64,000 nucleotides of DNA from Takakia lepidozioides (lineage: Eukaryota > Plantae > Bryophyta), in the NCBI GenBank assembly GCA_030704615.1, contig CM060731.1, positions 68,200,001 through 68,264,000 on the forward strand. The letters are read 5' to 3'. The position numbers were made by a program, and so were the translations under genes. Shown here in pieces: positions 39,110 to 52,324 of the stretch. The notes beneath the pieces were generated by a model. The model made no database searches. It saw only the letters and a list, made by a program, of their open reading frames with translations, and had not been told where the DNA came from. Within the stretch, counting starts at the first letter, position 1, and each line of letters begins with the position of its first letter.

Positions 39110-42100
39110 GCTGTGAATACTGTCAGTGTCGGCATCTTACCTTGCTGGGCAACCGCAACTCCTCCTATAAACGTCACAGGGAGCTGTACATATCGGCCTT
39201 CCCCTGACTACCATCCAGGCCTATAGGAAGCTGACTCCTCTCAAAAATCCAGGGTGAAGCCCATGGGGTACAACATTGCCTCACCAACAAGGACATCGTA
39301 TGAGACCGCGTCTGTCACAATGGCCTTGGCTCTCATCACTGAGCCATCTATAGGATGATCCGGCTGTAGTCTGATAGCCAACTCATGTCATCTCATGCCC
39401 CTGATCCTCCTAGAGATGTCTGTATCTGGAAAGGGCACGGCTCCATATCCGCCTCCATGAGGCCCAAGCCTACAATAGCAGCTCTGCCCAGCATCAATGG
39501 CTGAGCTCCCGAGTCCAACAAGACTCGTAGTGGCCGGTATCTCTTGCCTGCCGGTCCACTCAAATAGAAAATGTCATCCTGGTTGTCTAACATAACAACT
39601 TCAGGTGTCACCATGGCGCGTTCAATGGCTGGCCTAGCTGACAGCTCCATCAACCTGGCAGCTGCAGCTTGTCATGGCGCCGCCGTGGCAGTCTTGACCC
39701 TCAAATTTGAGGATCCCTCCAGTACTACACCTCCCACTATCTCCGCAGAAGATGAAGTAACCTCCGCACTCTCACAGAGTGTAGCTGCCAGCCTGAACAC
39801 CTCAGCTGGTCTTATCCCCGGCGTCGCAATCATGGTAGCCGAGAACAATGGAGCCTGGCACACAGATGTGGCCGCCCCCAATAGCACACTAGCTGCCATA
39901 CCTCGGCAACACTAGGTAGTGGTGTTGCCCGTGTAGCTCTCCCCAATGGCATAGTAACCTCCGCCTAGGTAACAGTCGAGCAAGAACTAGATGCCATGGA
40001 CGGCGTCGACACTATCTCCGCCAATATGAATGACTGAGGAAGCCTGGCCTAACGGCTTGCCTCCTCACGCTGTGGATCCAACTCCACCTCCGCACCCTGT
40101 GGCTCACGAACTCGTGCTGCTCCTCGAGTCACTAGTGCCGCTGCTGACTCCACTTGCATTAGTAATAGTCATGCTTCACACATAGTGGTAATGGTAGTGT
40201 GCCCGACACTAGTGGTAGTGGTAGTGGCACCCCTCAGTAGTGGTAGTGTTTCCCCGCACATGAATCCCATGCCTCCCATGTCTCCTCCCTCAGGAACAGG
40301 AGGTGGACCATCCGGCCTTGGAGCCGGTACCACCTGAGCTGTGGCCATGGCAGCGAGCCTCTGCTCTAGCTGCTGAAGCCGGTTGGCCATGCCTTGGTCA
40401 ACACCCTGACCTCCGCGTCCTTGGCTATGTTGAGCTTGCCATTGGCCTGCACCTCGTGCCTGGCCACCTCGTCCTCTCTGGGCTACTCCACCTCGCCCCC
40501 GGCCACCATTGTTCCCTTGGAACTGGCCTGGGCGCAACTCAGAATGCAAACCATAGCACTGGGCCTCTCCATGCTCGTACTTGCCACAATGCCCACACTG
40601 CAACTGTACAAGCTGTGCCGGTGCCAAACCATTGCCTCCCTCTGGGCAATCCTTCTTGACATGGGTCCTCCACATGTCCAGCACACCACATCCGTCCGTT
40701 GTTGGCTAGCAAATGAAGGGAGAGACCCCTGCATCTGAGGTCCTCTCTGTCCTTCCCTGGGCTTCACCTGAGCCTCCTTGTTGCCTCGAGCACGTTGAGG
40801 TAGTGGATGGCTAGGAGCACCACTACCCCGTGGTGCCTCCTTAGCAAATCCCACCATGACCACTCGTTCCTCCACCATGTTGAGCTCTATCCGCTCTGCC
40901 AGCAAAAACACATTTCCTAAGGTGGGTTGGGCCGCTTATAGGAGAGTTGCATCCCGCACCCTTCTCCTCAGCTCCTTGTCCAATATCCCGTACCAGAACT
41001 GGACTGCCTGAGCCTCCGTAACCCCTTGGGTTACATTAATCAAGCGCCTCATGTGAGTGAAAGCCTCCCTCAAGCTGTCAGTAGGCTTCCTCTGGAACTC
41101 TTGCAAGCTCTTCAACTTCTCTGTCCTCACCCCTTGGTATTTCCTTCTCAACTCTTCGAAGAACTCCACAACAGGGTGGTATCTCGTGATACCACCCCAA
41201 CGGCCCATCACGGCCACTGTTCCATTCGTTCCCTGGAACTCCCAACGAGTTCCCATGCGTTCCCGAGCTCTCCCCGAGCTGGGGTTTGCTCCTGCACCTG
41301 CTGCCGCCAAGCTATGGCTTCTGCGAAGCCACCAGACCTGTTGTCATGCTTTCTTAGGTTTTCACGGCCCACCAGAGGTGCCCCCAACTCAACAAGCAAG
41401 CTATATGCTGCCCAATAAGCTCTATTTCATCATGAAGCTCACAAAAAATGAATCTAAAAATACACACATTTACAAACTTGGTGCACATGCACTTCTCATG
41501 CATATCCCCTGGCTCTAGGACGCCTCGCTGCTGCCCTTCCAGCCCGCTTTTTGCCACTCCAAGAGCCCTTATACTGCTGAGTTTCAGATTGAAACTCCAA
41601 CTCAGCATATGTTTCACAAGTGAACTGATTTGCACCCAAGAGGGACCAGCCCCTTCTCTTCACTCATACCTCTTCATGAGCTTGGAACTAAAGCTCCCAA
41701 CGGGCTGCGATGCATTCCCTCGCAGTTCCACCATTCGGCTGCTCCTCATCTACCCGCAACAACTAGTTTCGGGCAGAAATACCTAGAGCTGATCATATCA
41801 TCTCCAACCTGCAACATGCTAGTTTCCCATGCGCAGCCCATATTTCTGCAGCTCCTTAACTCGGCCTGCAGCCGAAGAAGACGACCACCAATTCGCCCAC
41901 TCGTGGCCAGCATCTCCTCCGCTTCACACTAGAAGCCCAAACTCAGTTGCCATAGCGTTGAGCTATGCAACACTGACCGCCTCTCTATCCATTGCAAACC
42001 TGCAACCTGTTCGTCTTTGCACTCTATCCCCTTTGGATAGGCTCATGCACGAATCCTTGCACTTTAGGCTGAACCGCTTTTCATGATCTGAAAACACAAG

Positions 42101-42500
42101 TGCTACAACTAACTCGAACCTGGCACTCACAAACTCGAGCTCATTTTTCTCGAGTGATAAGGAAAATGAATGATACAAGCACACAAGCTCTCTCAAACTC
42201 ACATACTTGCACATGAAAACATCATTCATATATTAAGTCGAGCCAAGTGCACCCCATGCCATGGGGAATCCACACTACGGCGCCATAGCTAGACGCGGTG
42301 AGGCTCAACTCGAGAAAGATGAGCCCACCGCGATCTGCCGTGAAGATAACAACGCCAGGTGCCCAAACATGTATTGGCCCATGGATTGACACTTGGGTCA
42401 ATCCCAAATGTCAATATATAAAAACTAGCTATTTCCTAGCTAACTTCACACTAGTGGTAAAATAACTTGACAACTCGATAGTGAATCACATCCGCCACAA
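39110..42500 (-). mobile_element. Ty3/Gypsy fragment A: LTR/leader piece, gag (zinc knuckles), aspartic protease; degenerate
   Basis: Homologous to 55790-57800 (PVVEFFEELRR..AQAVQFWYGILDKELRRRVRD; CGHCGKYEH; VLLDSGAQP). 42150-42475 is the reverse complement of the 48765-49084 unit. Many stops. Confidence 0.88.
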
Positions 42501-45134
42501 ATACATCAGAATCCAAAGCAATAGATGCTATATCCACAAACTTTTGTCAAGATAAAATTGATGTGAGACTCCCTATTGCAAAATAAATTATGAATTATTC
42601 GAATTTTGAGCATTGCTTATCGAATAAAATTAAAAAAATTGATTCCATTGACTTTGATTTCGATTTTCTTGGTCGACAACTTGGCTGGGTTGTTTCGAGC
42701 CTTTGGACATCTAATCTGTGCTCGCATTCAAGCCAATGATGTGGAAACAAAAAAATCTATCTTCCAATTCAATATTCTCAAAGACTGTAGGTTTCAGAAA
42801 GCAAAATTAGCTTGTCAAACGTCTGCAGCTGTTTGACATGGGCGTAAGGGAAAGATTATAAACATCATGACAATAGATCAACAGAGAATACATATTCTCC
42901 AAGAACCTTTCATGTCAAAAGTTGATATGAGGGGATGTAGGAGAGTCGTCTTTCATTGCACCCTTAGTTTTTGCATCAGATGTGCTACGGAACTAATTTA
43001 TAACATGATGGACTCTGACTTTACCTTTGGAAGAGATCCTGTTGGATCTTATGTTCGTTACGATGAGCGACAGTTGAAGAATCATAAGTTTGATATATTC
43101 CATTTCCAACCTAAACGATTAATTAGGAGGCTAGTTCAGGTGTACATTCTTGACGTTCTTGCAACCTTTCGGTGCTTCTATGATCACCGTTCAGTCTGGG
43201 GACACGAAGAAGTAGGACCACATCTGTTCTTTTTAAGCCCCTTGATAGGACTCCTTGTGCATGGCCTGGAGTGGTAAGGTTATCTTAATGTCTCTAATTC
43301 TTATTTTATTATTGTTTTAATGGTAATATGTTATGGCTAGTAGATATAATTTCTAATTTGACATCTTGTTTACTTTTGTAGTGTCGTACAACAAAATACA
43401 TGTTGGACAACGCAACTGTCAACATAGTTAAAAGTGATTACAATTATTGATATCGAGGGTAACAATGCATGACAGTTTACAAACAAAACTCCAAGGGTAA
43501 TTTTGACTAAAAGCCGCTTAAATCGAATGGGAGTTCCACTGAAAATTGGTATGAGAATAACATGCCATCAAACTGAGGAAGGATATATTATGAGATATGA
43601 CGTAGATATGGAGGGTATAATGTCCCGTATCGTTCAGAACATCATCTCTGCTATACCTGGTAGGGGAGGAGACATAAGTTGGGAGGCAACCCTACAATAC
43701 TTATATGGGATAGAAAGATGGGAAGGGATTCAGCGAGGAGAGTCCAACTCTAGATTTGACGCATCTCTAGTTCTTTATTATTCTGTTGGCCCAGCTTCCA
43801 GACTTCCAAGTTCTACATGTCTTGAAAGTAACTTAAACAAGTCTATATATTTTTGTCACAATGTTCTTTTGTTGTAAAAGAGGGTGAAAGAAACAAAAAC
43901 TTCAAGAGTCTTCGAATACTACCTTTGTTCATGAATGCCATCTATCCGCAAAAATACATCTCGCAAAAATTAGTGAGAGTCAATGGGAAAAATCCATACA
44001 CTATGCTAGTGAGAGGAATACTCCTAGTAAGCTCCACAATTGAGATTTTTACTTTAACATTTCAGCTGATCATGTGTGCCCCAGAATCTGAAGAAGGTAT
44101 GTTCCAAATCAGTGACCCTATTTGAAAGGTTCTAGGTGGAAGGATATGAGTGGGGGTTTCCTTCTGGGAATTGCTGTTGTATTTACTATGGAAATGGTTT
44201 TTGTGTGCAATGTCTGTTTTAGACGTCTTTGCATAGTATGTGCATGCGTGAGAGAAAGAAAGAAAATCCAGGTCGCATCCAGTCTGTGCGAGTAACCTCG
44301 CTCCTACAGTTCCGATTCAATTCCTTGCTTGATGGATATCTCTGGGGTGACCTGAATTTTCATTCATTGCCACACTATCAATTCATGGTTGCCCATCTGC
44401 GACAATGTGCTAGAGAGCTTGGGCTCAACTCCTCTGCACTTTGGGAATGCAATGTGTAATCGAGTCTGGGTTTGAAGGGAGAAAAATTGGTTGTCATCAT
44501 TGTTGGCCTTTTGCTGGGGGTTTTGGTGTGACATAGCATATGAACGTAGGCATCATGGTGTAGAGCTATATATCTTGCAGTTTCCTACAAAGATTGTTGT
44601 TGGTTTATGTTCGAAGGAAGTTGTGTTGTGGACAGAATAGTGCAAGATCTATGTAAATGAGCAACTGTAAATGAGCTATAGTGTGTGCTTGTGCATCACA
44701 GGTTCTCTTGTGCATCGCCACTTCTGTTCAATTATACTGGATCCATGGGTCAGAGAGACCTGCCACATCGAGCTGAAGCCCAATTGTAGGTAAATTTTGA
44801 ACCAGCATTTGCTCTTCACTTTTAAGTCTCTTCTCCATGTGTTTTCTCTATATTGTCACAGCAACAACTGGCAACAAGTACTATTGAAACAGTAGTCAGT
44901 AGATTGCAATAACAATTGAACAATAGTGATTAAAAGTTTGGTGGACAAAGCCTCCTTGGTGAGATAATCAATTAGATTTGAGGTTTGGCAAGATAATTTG
45001 GTTCATGTAGACTGAATTAGAATCCCTGACCCAGAGTGGGAGGTCTTATAAGGCCATAGTGCAACAAATCTCTCAGTTATCTCTTATTGAGGAAACATGT
45101 CATCCTGTATAGGCTCATTTTAGGGTGTCTGGGT

Positions 45135-48100
45135 AGAGGCTTTTGTACCGTCAGGAGAGGAGGACAGTGCAGGGATTGCACCAGGTCCACCTCAAGTGTC
45201 ACCATTGGATACCACACCTATTGTGTGGCAGTATCCGGATGAAGGCATTTGCCTTCTGGACTCGTTTGGCGGGATCAGCACCGGATTGGCTGCTGTTCTA
45301 AAGGCAGGTGTACGGGTACGGCGTTACCTATCTGTGGAGAGGGATGAGACTGCACGACGCGTCTCCCTACGCCATGTTGCTCAGTTGGTGCAGCAATACC
45401 CTGAGTTGTTGCCAATGTCTGCAGTTCGTGGATATCAGCAGGCATTGTCAACAGACATTTCGTTGCTGGGGGCGCAGGATTTGGAGCGGGTTGGCTCCAT
45501 TGATTTGGTAGTGGCAGGTTGGCCATGCCAAGGGCATTCATCTGCCAGGCATGGCAATGGATTGCGAGACTCGAAGTCGGGTCTGTTTTGGGAGATGATG
45601 CGGGTTTTGCGCCACTTACAGCTTCATCAAGTTGTATCTCTAGCATACATCTTAGAGAATGTGCCACTGATGGGCGATTTTCGGGCCAGGATGATGGCCA
45701 GTGTACATCAAATCCGGTCGTGGCTTGGGTCAACGGTGTTGCTGGATGCAGCTGCAGTGGGGTCACGAGCTCATCGTCCACGGTTATGGTGGACTAACTT
45801 GATGCCACCCGCACTGCTCAAGCGTGCATTTGATGGGTGCAGCGGCCAGCACACCTCACAGTGGATAGCATTTTGGACACAGAGAGACAGTCTCAGCGTG
45901 TGAGACACGATGACCGTTCGCCTTTGGCAGCGGTCGATAAGGTGGGTCAACCACGAGTAGCACCACCTACACTGCTCAGCTTCCCAGGATCACATGCTTT
46001 CCGGGATAGTGGACCTGGCCTCATGTGGGATGCTAAGTTGCAGCAGTTAGTGGAGCCTAATGCCGACGAGCGAGGGCGGGCAATGGGTTTTTCCACTAGG
46101 ACCACGGCGGTGCCTTCTCTTTCTGAGGCATCACGTCGTCAGGTGTTGGGGCAAGTGATGGATCTCAATTGCTTGACCTGGATTATCAACTTGGATATGG
46201 CTGAACAACGTAGAGTGCGGAGTGCACTTCCCTTGACGGTCTCTCTACCTACCGAGACGGTACAGGCAGTGAGTGGGGGCGAGCCGGTGAGGACCACGGG
46301 ATGTAGACATCCATGGCACATGTGGGAGGTGCTCGAGGTTCAGAGGGAGTTGGCAGCCAAGACGGCTGTGATGGATGAGGTTGGGATTCTTCTCGGTTTG
46401 AGGAGGTCCTCAAGGATGAGATGATGGGGCAGGATGAGGCCTTGTCATTGAATGAGCAGGCAAGGAGTACTGCTCAAGAAGTTGCGGCATAGCAACCACG
46501 GGACGTGTCCTCTACCTCTAAGTCTGCTGGACTTAAGGCTGCAGTTACGGAGGACAATTGGGAGCCTGACATCGGACCCATTGTCACTGGAGGAGAGAGA
46601 CGACGTATACGGCGGTTCCTGAGGGCTTACAGGAATTGCTTTGTCTCTCGTGCTATGGTGGAGGAGCATGAGAGACATATTCAGGTGATGCATCGACCGG
46701 GTTTGGTCGATCGGGATGCGAATGGATTGAGTCACAATCCATGCACGAGCCAGCAGGATGATACTAGAGCTCGGTGGCATGGTGAGACAGACGAGGAGAT
46801 GGTACAGGGATGGCATGCATCTGCATTTTTGTGTATCTTGGCATCGGGAGGTCAGGTTGGACTTACAACAGGGATGATTGTAGACAGAGTTTCTGAGGAC
46901 CCTGAGGCTAGTGATGAGCCAGGTGGTGCCAGAGATATACATGAGGATTCGGTTGTGTTGGACTACCTCCGCACTGGAGACACGACAGCTAGTGTGACTG
47001 CCAAGGAGAGGGATCGGATCCTGCAACGAGCCAAGAGGTTCAAGTGGGAGGGGATACACCTGCTTCGAGTGTGGGAGGATGGTCGGGTTAGGATCGTGCC
47101 TCACCCATCACAGTGTGCACAGTTAGTGCGGCATGCCCATGAGGAGTTGGGGCATTTTGGAGTGCGACGCACTCATAGTCTACTGCAGGGGCAGTATTGA
47201 TGGCGTGGTATGCACACAGAGGTGCAACAGTTTGTTGCTAGATGCATGGTGTGTGATAGGGTGTGTGCTTCATTCAACGCCCCTACACCACAGTTGCATC
47301 CTTTACCCATCATGGGATTGGGCTACAAGTGGAGTCTTAACTTCACAGGGCCGTTGCCACTGATGATGCGTCACCACATATATGTGTTGGTGATGGTGGA
47401 GCGATGGTGGAGCACTTCTCCAAGTGGATTGAGTTGGTTCCATTGCCTGATAAGGCTAGTGAGGGGGCTGCGTATGTATTCCTGGATCGTGTGCTTAGCC
47501 GATTCGGTGCTCCAGCTGAGGTACTCACGGACCAAGGGAGAGAGTTCTTGGGGGAGTTTCAGGCTTTGTGTGATAAAGCCTTGATAGACCACTGTACCAC
47601 TTCTCAAGATCATCCTGCCGATGGCTTGGCAGAGAGAGTGGTGCAGACGGTGAAGAGGGGTTTGCGCAAGTATGGTTTGCAAAAGGGATACCTAGGAGAT
47701 TGGAATCTGGTACCTTGGTTAGACATAGACTACAGGTTTAGCAAGCAAGCATCACTTGCCTCCTTCTCACCATATTTCCTTCTCTTTGGCCGAGAGCCGG
47801 ATTTGCCTGCATCTATTCGCAGGGAGGCTGCAGTAGTCCTCAACCTTGATGATCTAGATATGTGGACACAAGCATGTGCCCAGCGGGCAGAGTTGTTCAA
47901 GAGAGTCATGCCTATGGCTTTTGCGAATCTTGCTATTGCCCAACACCGAGACACATTGAGGTATGCCATTATACGTGGAGGGGGATATCGGCCAGGTGTT
48001 CGGCGTTTCCATCGTGGGGACTATGTGTATCTGCAGCAAACAGCGCTTACGACCTTAGATGTCACAGCATGACGTGTGATTCTAAGGGTCGGGAAGGTGT

Positions 48101-48400
48101 CGCCTTCAGGAGTGTTGATTCTGGAGGGTCGAGATGGCATGGTATGGAAGGACCATGTGCGTAATTGTGCGCCATGTCACCTTTCACATGTAGATGGGAG
48201 GATAAATCCCAACCTTGCAGTGGTACCTGCAGGATTGCGTTGCTCGTGGTGCCGCCACTATGCTGGTGTGTGATCGATGCTCAAGAGGTTGACACATGCA
48301 ATGCTTGACACCACCTCTTGAGAGGGTTCCTGATGAGATTGGTTTGTCCACACTGCTTGATAGTGGCAGTGGATATGACTAGTGGCAGCTAACAAGACAT
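45135..48400 (+). mobile_element. Ty3/Gypsy fragment B: C5-MTase, RT/RNaseH largely deleted, integrase, degenerate PHD
   Basis: Integrase HHCC region (AHEELGHFG..CMVC) and core (MVEHFSKWIEL..TDQGREF..DGLAERVVQT); PHD remnant at ~48235-48358. Confidence 0.9.
45196..46215 (+). pseudogene. C5-cytosine DNA methyltransferase domain inside retrotransposon pol (one frameshift at ~45838)
   Basis: Motifs in canonical order: LLDSFGGISTG (I), SVERD (II), DLVVAGWPCQG (IV, catalytic PC), YILENV (VI), RAHRPRLWW (VIII), ERGRAMGF (IX), VLGQVMD (X). Confidence 0.92.
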
Positions 48401-48623
48401 GGGAGGCCAAGCTCATAGGAGTCAATACCCGAGATCTCATGCTTAAGTTCACAGGTTGCAAGGCGACAACTAACGATGAAGCAACTCTTGTATCCGGCCT
48501 CTTGATCTATCGAGTTTGAGTGTAGTAGGGACAGTGGTGGAAGACTTAGTGAGGCTATGACCACTATCACATCTTGTGGCTACCTGGACTTAGAGGGACC
48601 TAAGCGCCAGCTAGGGGGGCGAT

Positions 48624-49941
48624 TGTGATGGACTAGTGGCTGCATTAGTGGTGACTAGTGATGCACTAGTGGTGCACTAGTGATAGACTAGTGTTTGGTG
48701 TGCACATGTGTTATGTGGTTTTGGACAGCGATGTAGTTGTGTAGCGATATGTATGCGCACGACAGCTGTCAAGTTATTTTACCACTAGTGTGAAGTTCGT
48801 TAGGAGATATGTAGCTTTTATATATTGATATTTGGGATTGACCCAAGTGTCAATCCAGAGGCCAATACATGTTTGGGCACCTGGCGTTGTTATCTTCACG
48901 GCAGATCGCGGTGGGCTCATTTTTCTCGAGTTGAGCCTCACCGCGTCTAGCTATGGCGCCGTAGTGTGGATTCCCCATGACATGGGGTGCACTTGGCTCG
49001 ACTTAATATATGAGTGATGTTTTCATGTGCAAGTATGTGAGTTTGAGAGAGCTTGTGTGCTTATATCGTTCCTTTTCCTTATCATTGTGATGGACTAGTG
49101 GCTGCACTAGTGGTGACTAGTGGCAGCCTATTGGATGGACTAGTGGCTGCACTAGTGGTGGCTAGTGGCAGCCTAGTGGTTGGACTAGTGGCAGACTAGT
49201 GGTGGACTAGTGGCTGCACTAGTGGTGGACTATGTGACTAGTGTTTGGTGTGCACATGTGTTTTGTGGTTTTGGATAGCGATTTAGTTGTGTAGCGATAT
49301 GTATGCGCACGACAGTTGTCAAGTTATTTACCACTAGTGTGAAGTTCGCTAGGAGATAGATAGCTTTTATATATTGACATTTGGGATTAACCCAAGTGTC
49401 AATCCAGGGGCCAATACATGTTTGGGCACCTGACGTTGTTATCTTCACAACAGATCGCGGTGGGCTCATCTTTCTCGAGTTGAGCCTCACCGCGTCTAGC
49501 TATGGCGCCGTAGTGTGGATTCCCGATGGCATGAGGTGCACTTGGCTCGACTTAATATATGAGTGATGTTTTCATGTGCAAGTATGTGAGTTTGAGAGAG
49601 CTTGTGTGCTTGTTTCGTTCATTTTCCTTATCATTGTGATGGACTAGTGGTTGCACTAGTGGTGACTAGTGACAGCCTATTGATGAACTAGTGGCTGCAC
49701 TAGTGGTGGCTAGTGGCAACCTAGTGATGGCCTAATGGCTGCACTAGTGGTGGCTAGTGGCAGCCTAGTGGTTGGACTAGTGGCAGACTAGTGGTGGACT
49801 AGTGGCTGCACTAGTTGTGACTAGTGGCTGCCTAGTGGTGCACTAGTGGTGGATTAGTGATAGACTAGTGTTTGGTGTGCACATGTGTTGTGTGTTTTTT
49901 GACAGTGATGTAGTTGTGTAGCGATATGTATGCGCACGACA
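48624..49941 (+). repeat. 3' LTR region of element B, tandemly triplicated (48624-49084, 49086-49633, 49635-49941) with ACTAGTGG minisatellite
   Basis: Purine tract AGGGGGGCGA precedes TGTGATGG. Each unit begins TGTGATGGACTAGTGG, and units 1 and 2 share ~320 near-identical bases. Confidence 0.8.
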
Positions 49942-50617
49942 GGTTTAATGAGCTTCAAGTTGCAAATAGAACTTTAGAACAAGTGGTTCGATAGTAATTG
50001 GATCAGGCTTGGTAGTAATTATATAAGTCAGACGGGAAGCATCCTGGTAGAAACACGTTTCATGGCACAAGAAGTTGGGTAAATATAATAACTTTTTGTG
50101 TTCTTAACCTCTGGGGTCATGTAATACCTTAACAAAAAGCTCTTAAGATAAGTCAACTTTCTTTCTATTTGAAAGTTAAATGAGATTCTGGCTTTATCTA
50201 ACATAAAAAGTGGAGAGAAGTAGAGGATGTCAATGTCAATCTGTGGCACACCTTGTTCCTATGATGACTCATTCATGTCTCATTAATATCTTTTTACCTG
50301 AGTTGATAACCCAAAAAAAAACCAAAAATACCAGTGGAAAGCGCTTAATGTGCCCCATCTTTTTGTAGTTGGAGCAATTTTCAGTAGAGGACATCTACCT
50401 ATATCAAATTTTAAGGTAAACAGTGGCCCATGGTGCACAAGATCTAATATTGCTCTTTTGGTACCTTGGACTTTAACAATTTTAAACATTTTAAGAAATA
50501 AATATACCATTGGAAAGCTCTTAACAAGCCCTAACATTTTGTAGTTGGAACAGTTTTCTGTAGAGTTCATAATTTGAGTGTAAATTAGAGGATTAAATGG
50601 TCTAGTGTAGTTCATTC

Positions 50618-51301
50618 CAGTGTTTGACTGGTATCACATGAAAATAATGATATCAGACTGGTCCTGGTATCACAAGGGCCCACATTTCCCAATACTGGTA
50701 TGGTCCTGGTAATGGGGTACGGGGCGGGTAGGGTATAGGAGGGGTATCAATAGTGTAAAATTGTGGATGTATATCAGTAGTGTATCAATATTTTTTTTTT
50801 TCCATCTCATTTGGGGGGAATATGGAATATTGCCCCGGGTATGTATTATGAAATATTTAGGATATTCCAGTAAATATCCCTAACTGAGAAAAAGAATTGA
50901 CCTTCATAATGGATCACAATTACAGCACAATGCACATACAAAAATATGTGCTTATACACATTCCACATGCAAAAATATACCAATATACCATACCTGTATA
51001 AAACAGATGCCATAAATGCCGGAAATGCCCTTGAATTCCCTTGCCCTAACTCCACACATACACCTATTGTGCCTTTGGAGCCACATATTACAGCAATATT
51101 GGTATCAATACCAATCTTGTCCATCGTAATACCATATGGATATGGTATATACCATAGTATGGAGGAAGGTATGTATTGCCCCTAGTATGGTATTGTCTGG
51201 GTATTGGGCCCCCCTACCTACGAGTCGGTAATGGTATTACCCCACCCGTATTGATATCAGTATTGGTACCCGGGTGGGACCTATATACCGTTCCAACACT
51301 C
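50618..51301. mobile_element. hAT-type MITE
   Basis: Imperfect TIRs CAGTGTTTGACTGGTAT / ATACCGTTCCAACACTC; perfect 8-bp TSD GTTCATTC (50610-50617, 51302-51309); GGTAT/ATACC subterminal motifs. Confidence 0.85.
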
Positions 51302-51884
51302 GTTCATTCCTCTTTGGGTAAGCTTGCTAGCCTATCACGCTCCGAAAATGGGCATACGTTTCTACAAACCATGGGCGTGCTTTGAGCGCCACTATGGGGC
51401 ACATGCGCCATGAACGGTGCTTCTACCCTAGTGGCATTTCTAGTGGCGGACGGGTGATTAAGGCATAAGAACCTGCCTTTGGGAGGGGGACAATAGCTGG
51501 AAACAGTTGCTTGTTGTGCCCAATACTTCAATGCACTGTATTGGGTTTTGTAAATTTAGTAAATTGGGTTTTGAAGCCAACTTGCCAACCTCCCCGTAGG
51601 TCCAAATTTTGCACCATAATATGATCATATGAACAATTTATGGCTTCTCAAAGTCTTAAACGGGCAATGATAGGTATAGTTACCCTAGTTGGTGAGGAAA
51701 TGGCTCTTAAGGTTTTTAGAATTTTTTATAGGAGTGAACACGTGGGAAGTTAAAAAAAAAAAACCCTCCCTCGAGTATGTTTTACCTTAGAACTTTAAAC
51801 CACCTTTTGGAACTTTCAATATAATGTCCACCAAGGAAAGGGAAACGGCAACTTGGTTTTCTCCAGAAATTCAAATCATTGATA

Positions 51885-52324
51885 CCGTCCCTCATCAACC
51901 GTTTAGGCATTTTTGTGCCTAATAATTATTAAAAACCAAACGAGGCGGTTAGGCACGTTTCTCAAACCATTTCTCACATTAGGCATTTTCATGCTATGAA
52001 ATATTCTGTTGCAAATTCCCTGTTTTTTCATGGATGAAATAGTCAAATTTCTCCAAATGAAAAATAAATTATGGATGAATTCACCAAATATGGATGATAT
52101 AAATGGATTTATGTACGGACATGGATGATTCTGTCCTCATTTCAATGGATGAACAGAATGTATGGCTATTTTTTGCCAAACTCTGTAGCCACTCGCGCTT
52201 TTTTTCAAATTCCAGAAAAAATATTGGTTTCCATGCAATTAGGCCAAATTTTGAAAAATTCCCAAAACGCTTTAGGCACTTTCAATTTGAATTAATTATC
52301 GCCTAAACGGTTGATAAAGGACGG
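51885..52324. mobile_element. Tc1/mariner (Stowaway-like) MITE
   Basis: TA|CCGTCCCTCATCAACCGTTTAGGC ... GCCTAAACGGTTGATAAAGGACGG|TA: ~24-bp TIR with TA TSD. Confidence 0.8.
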
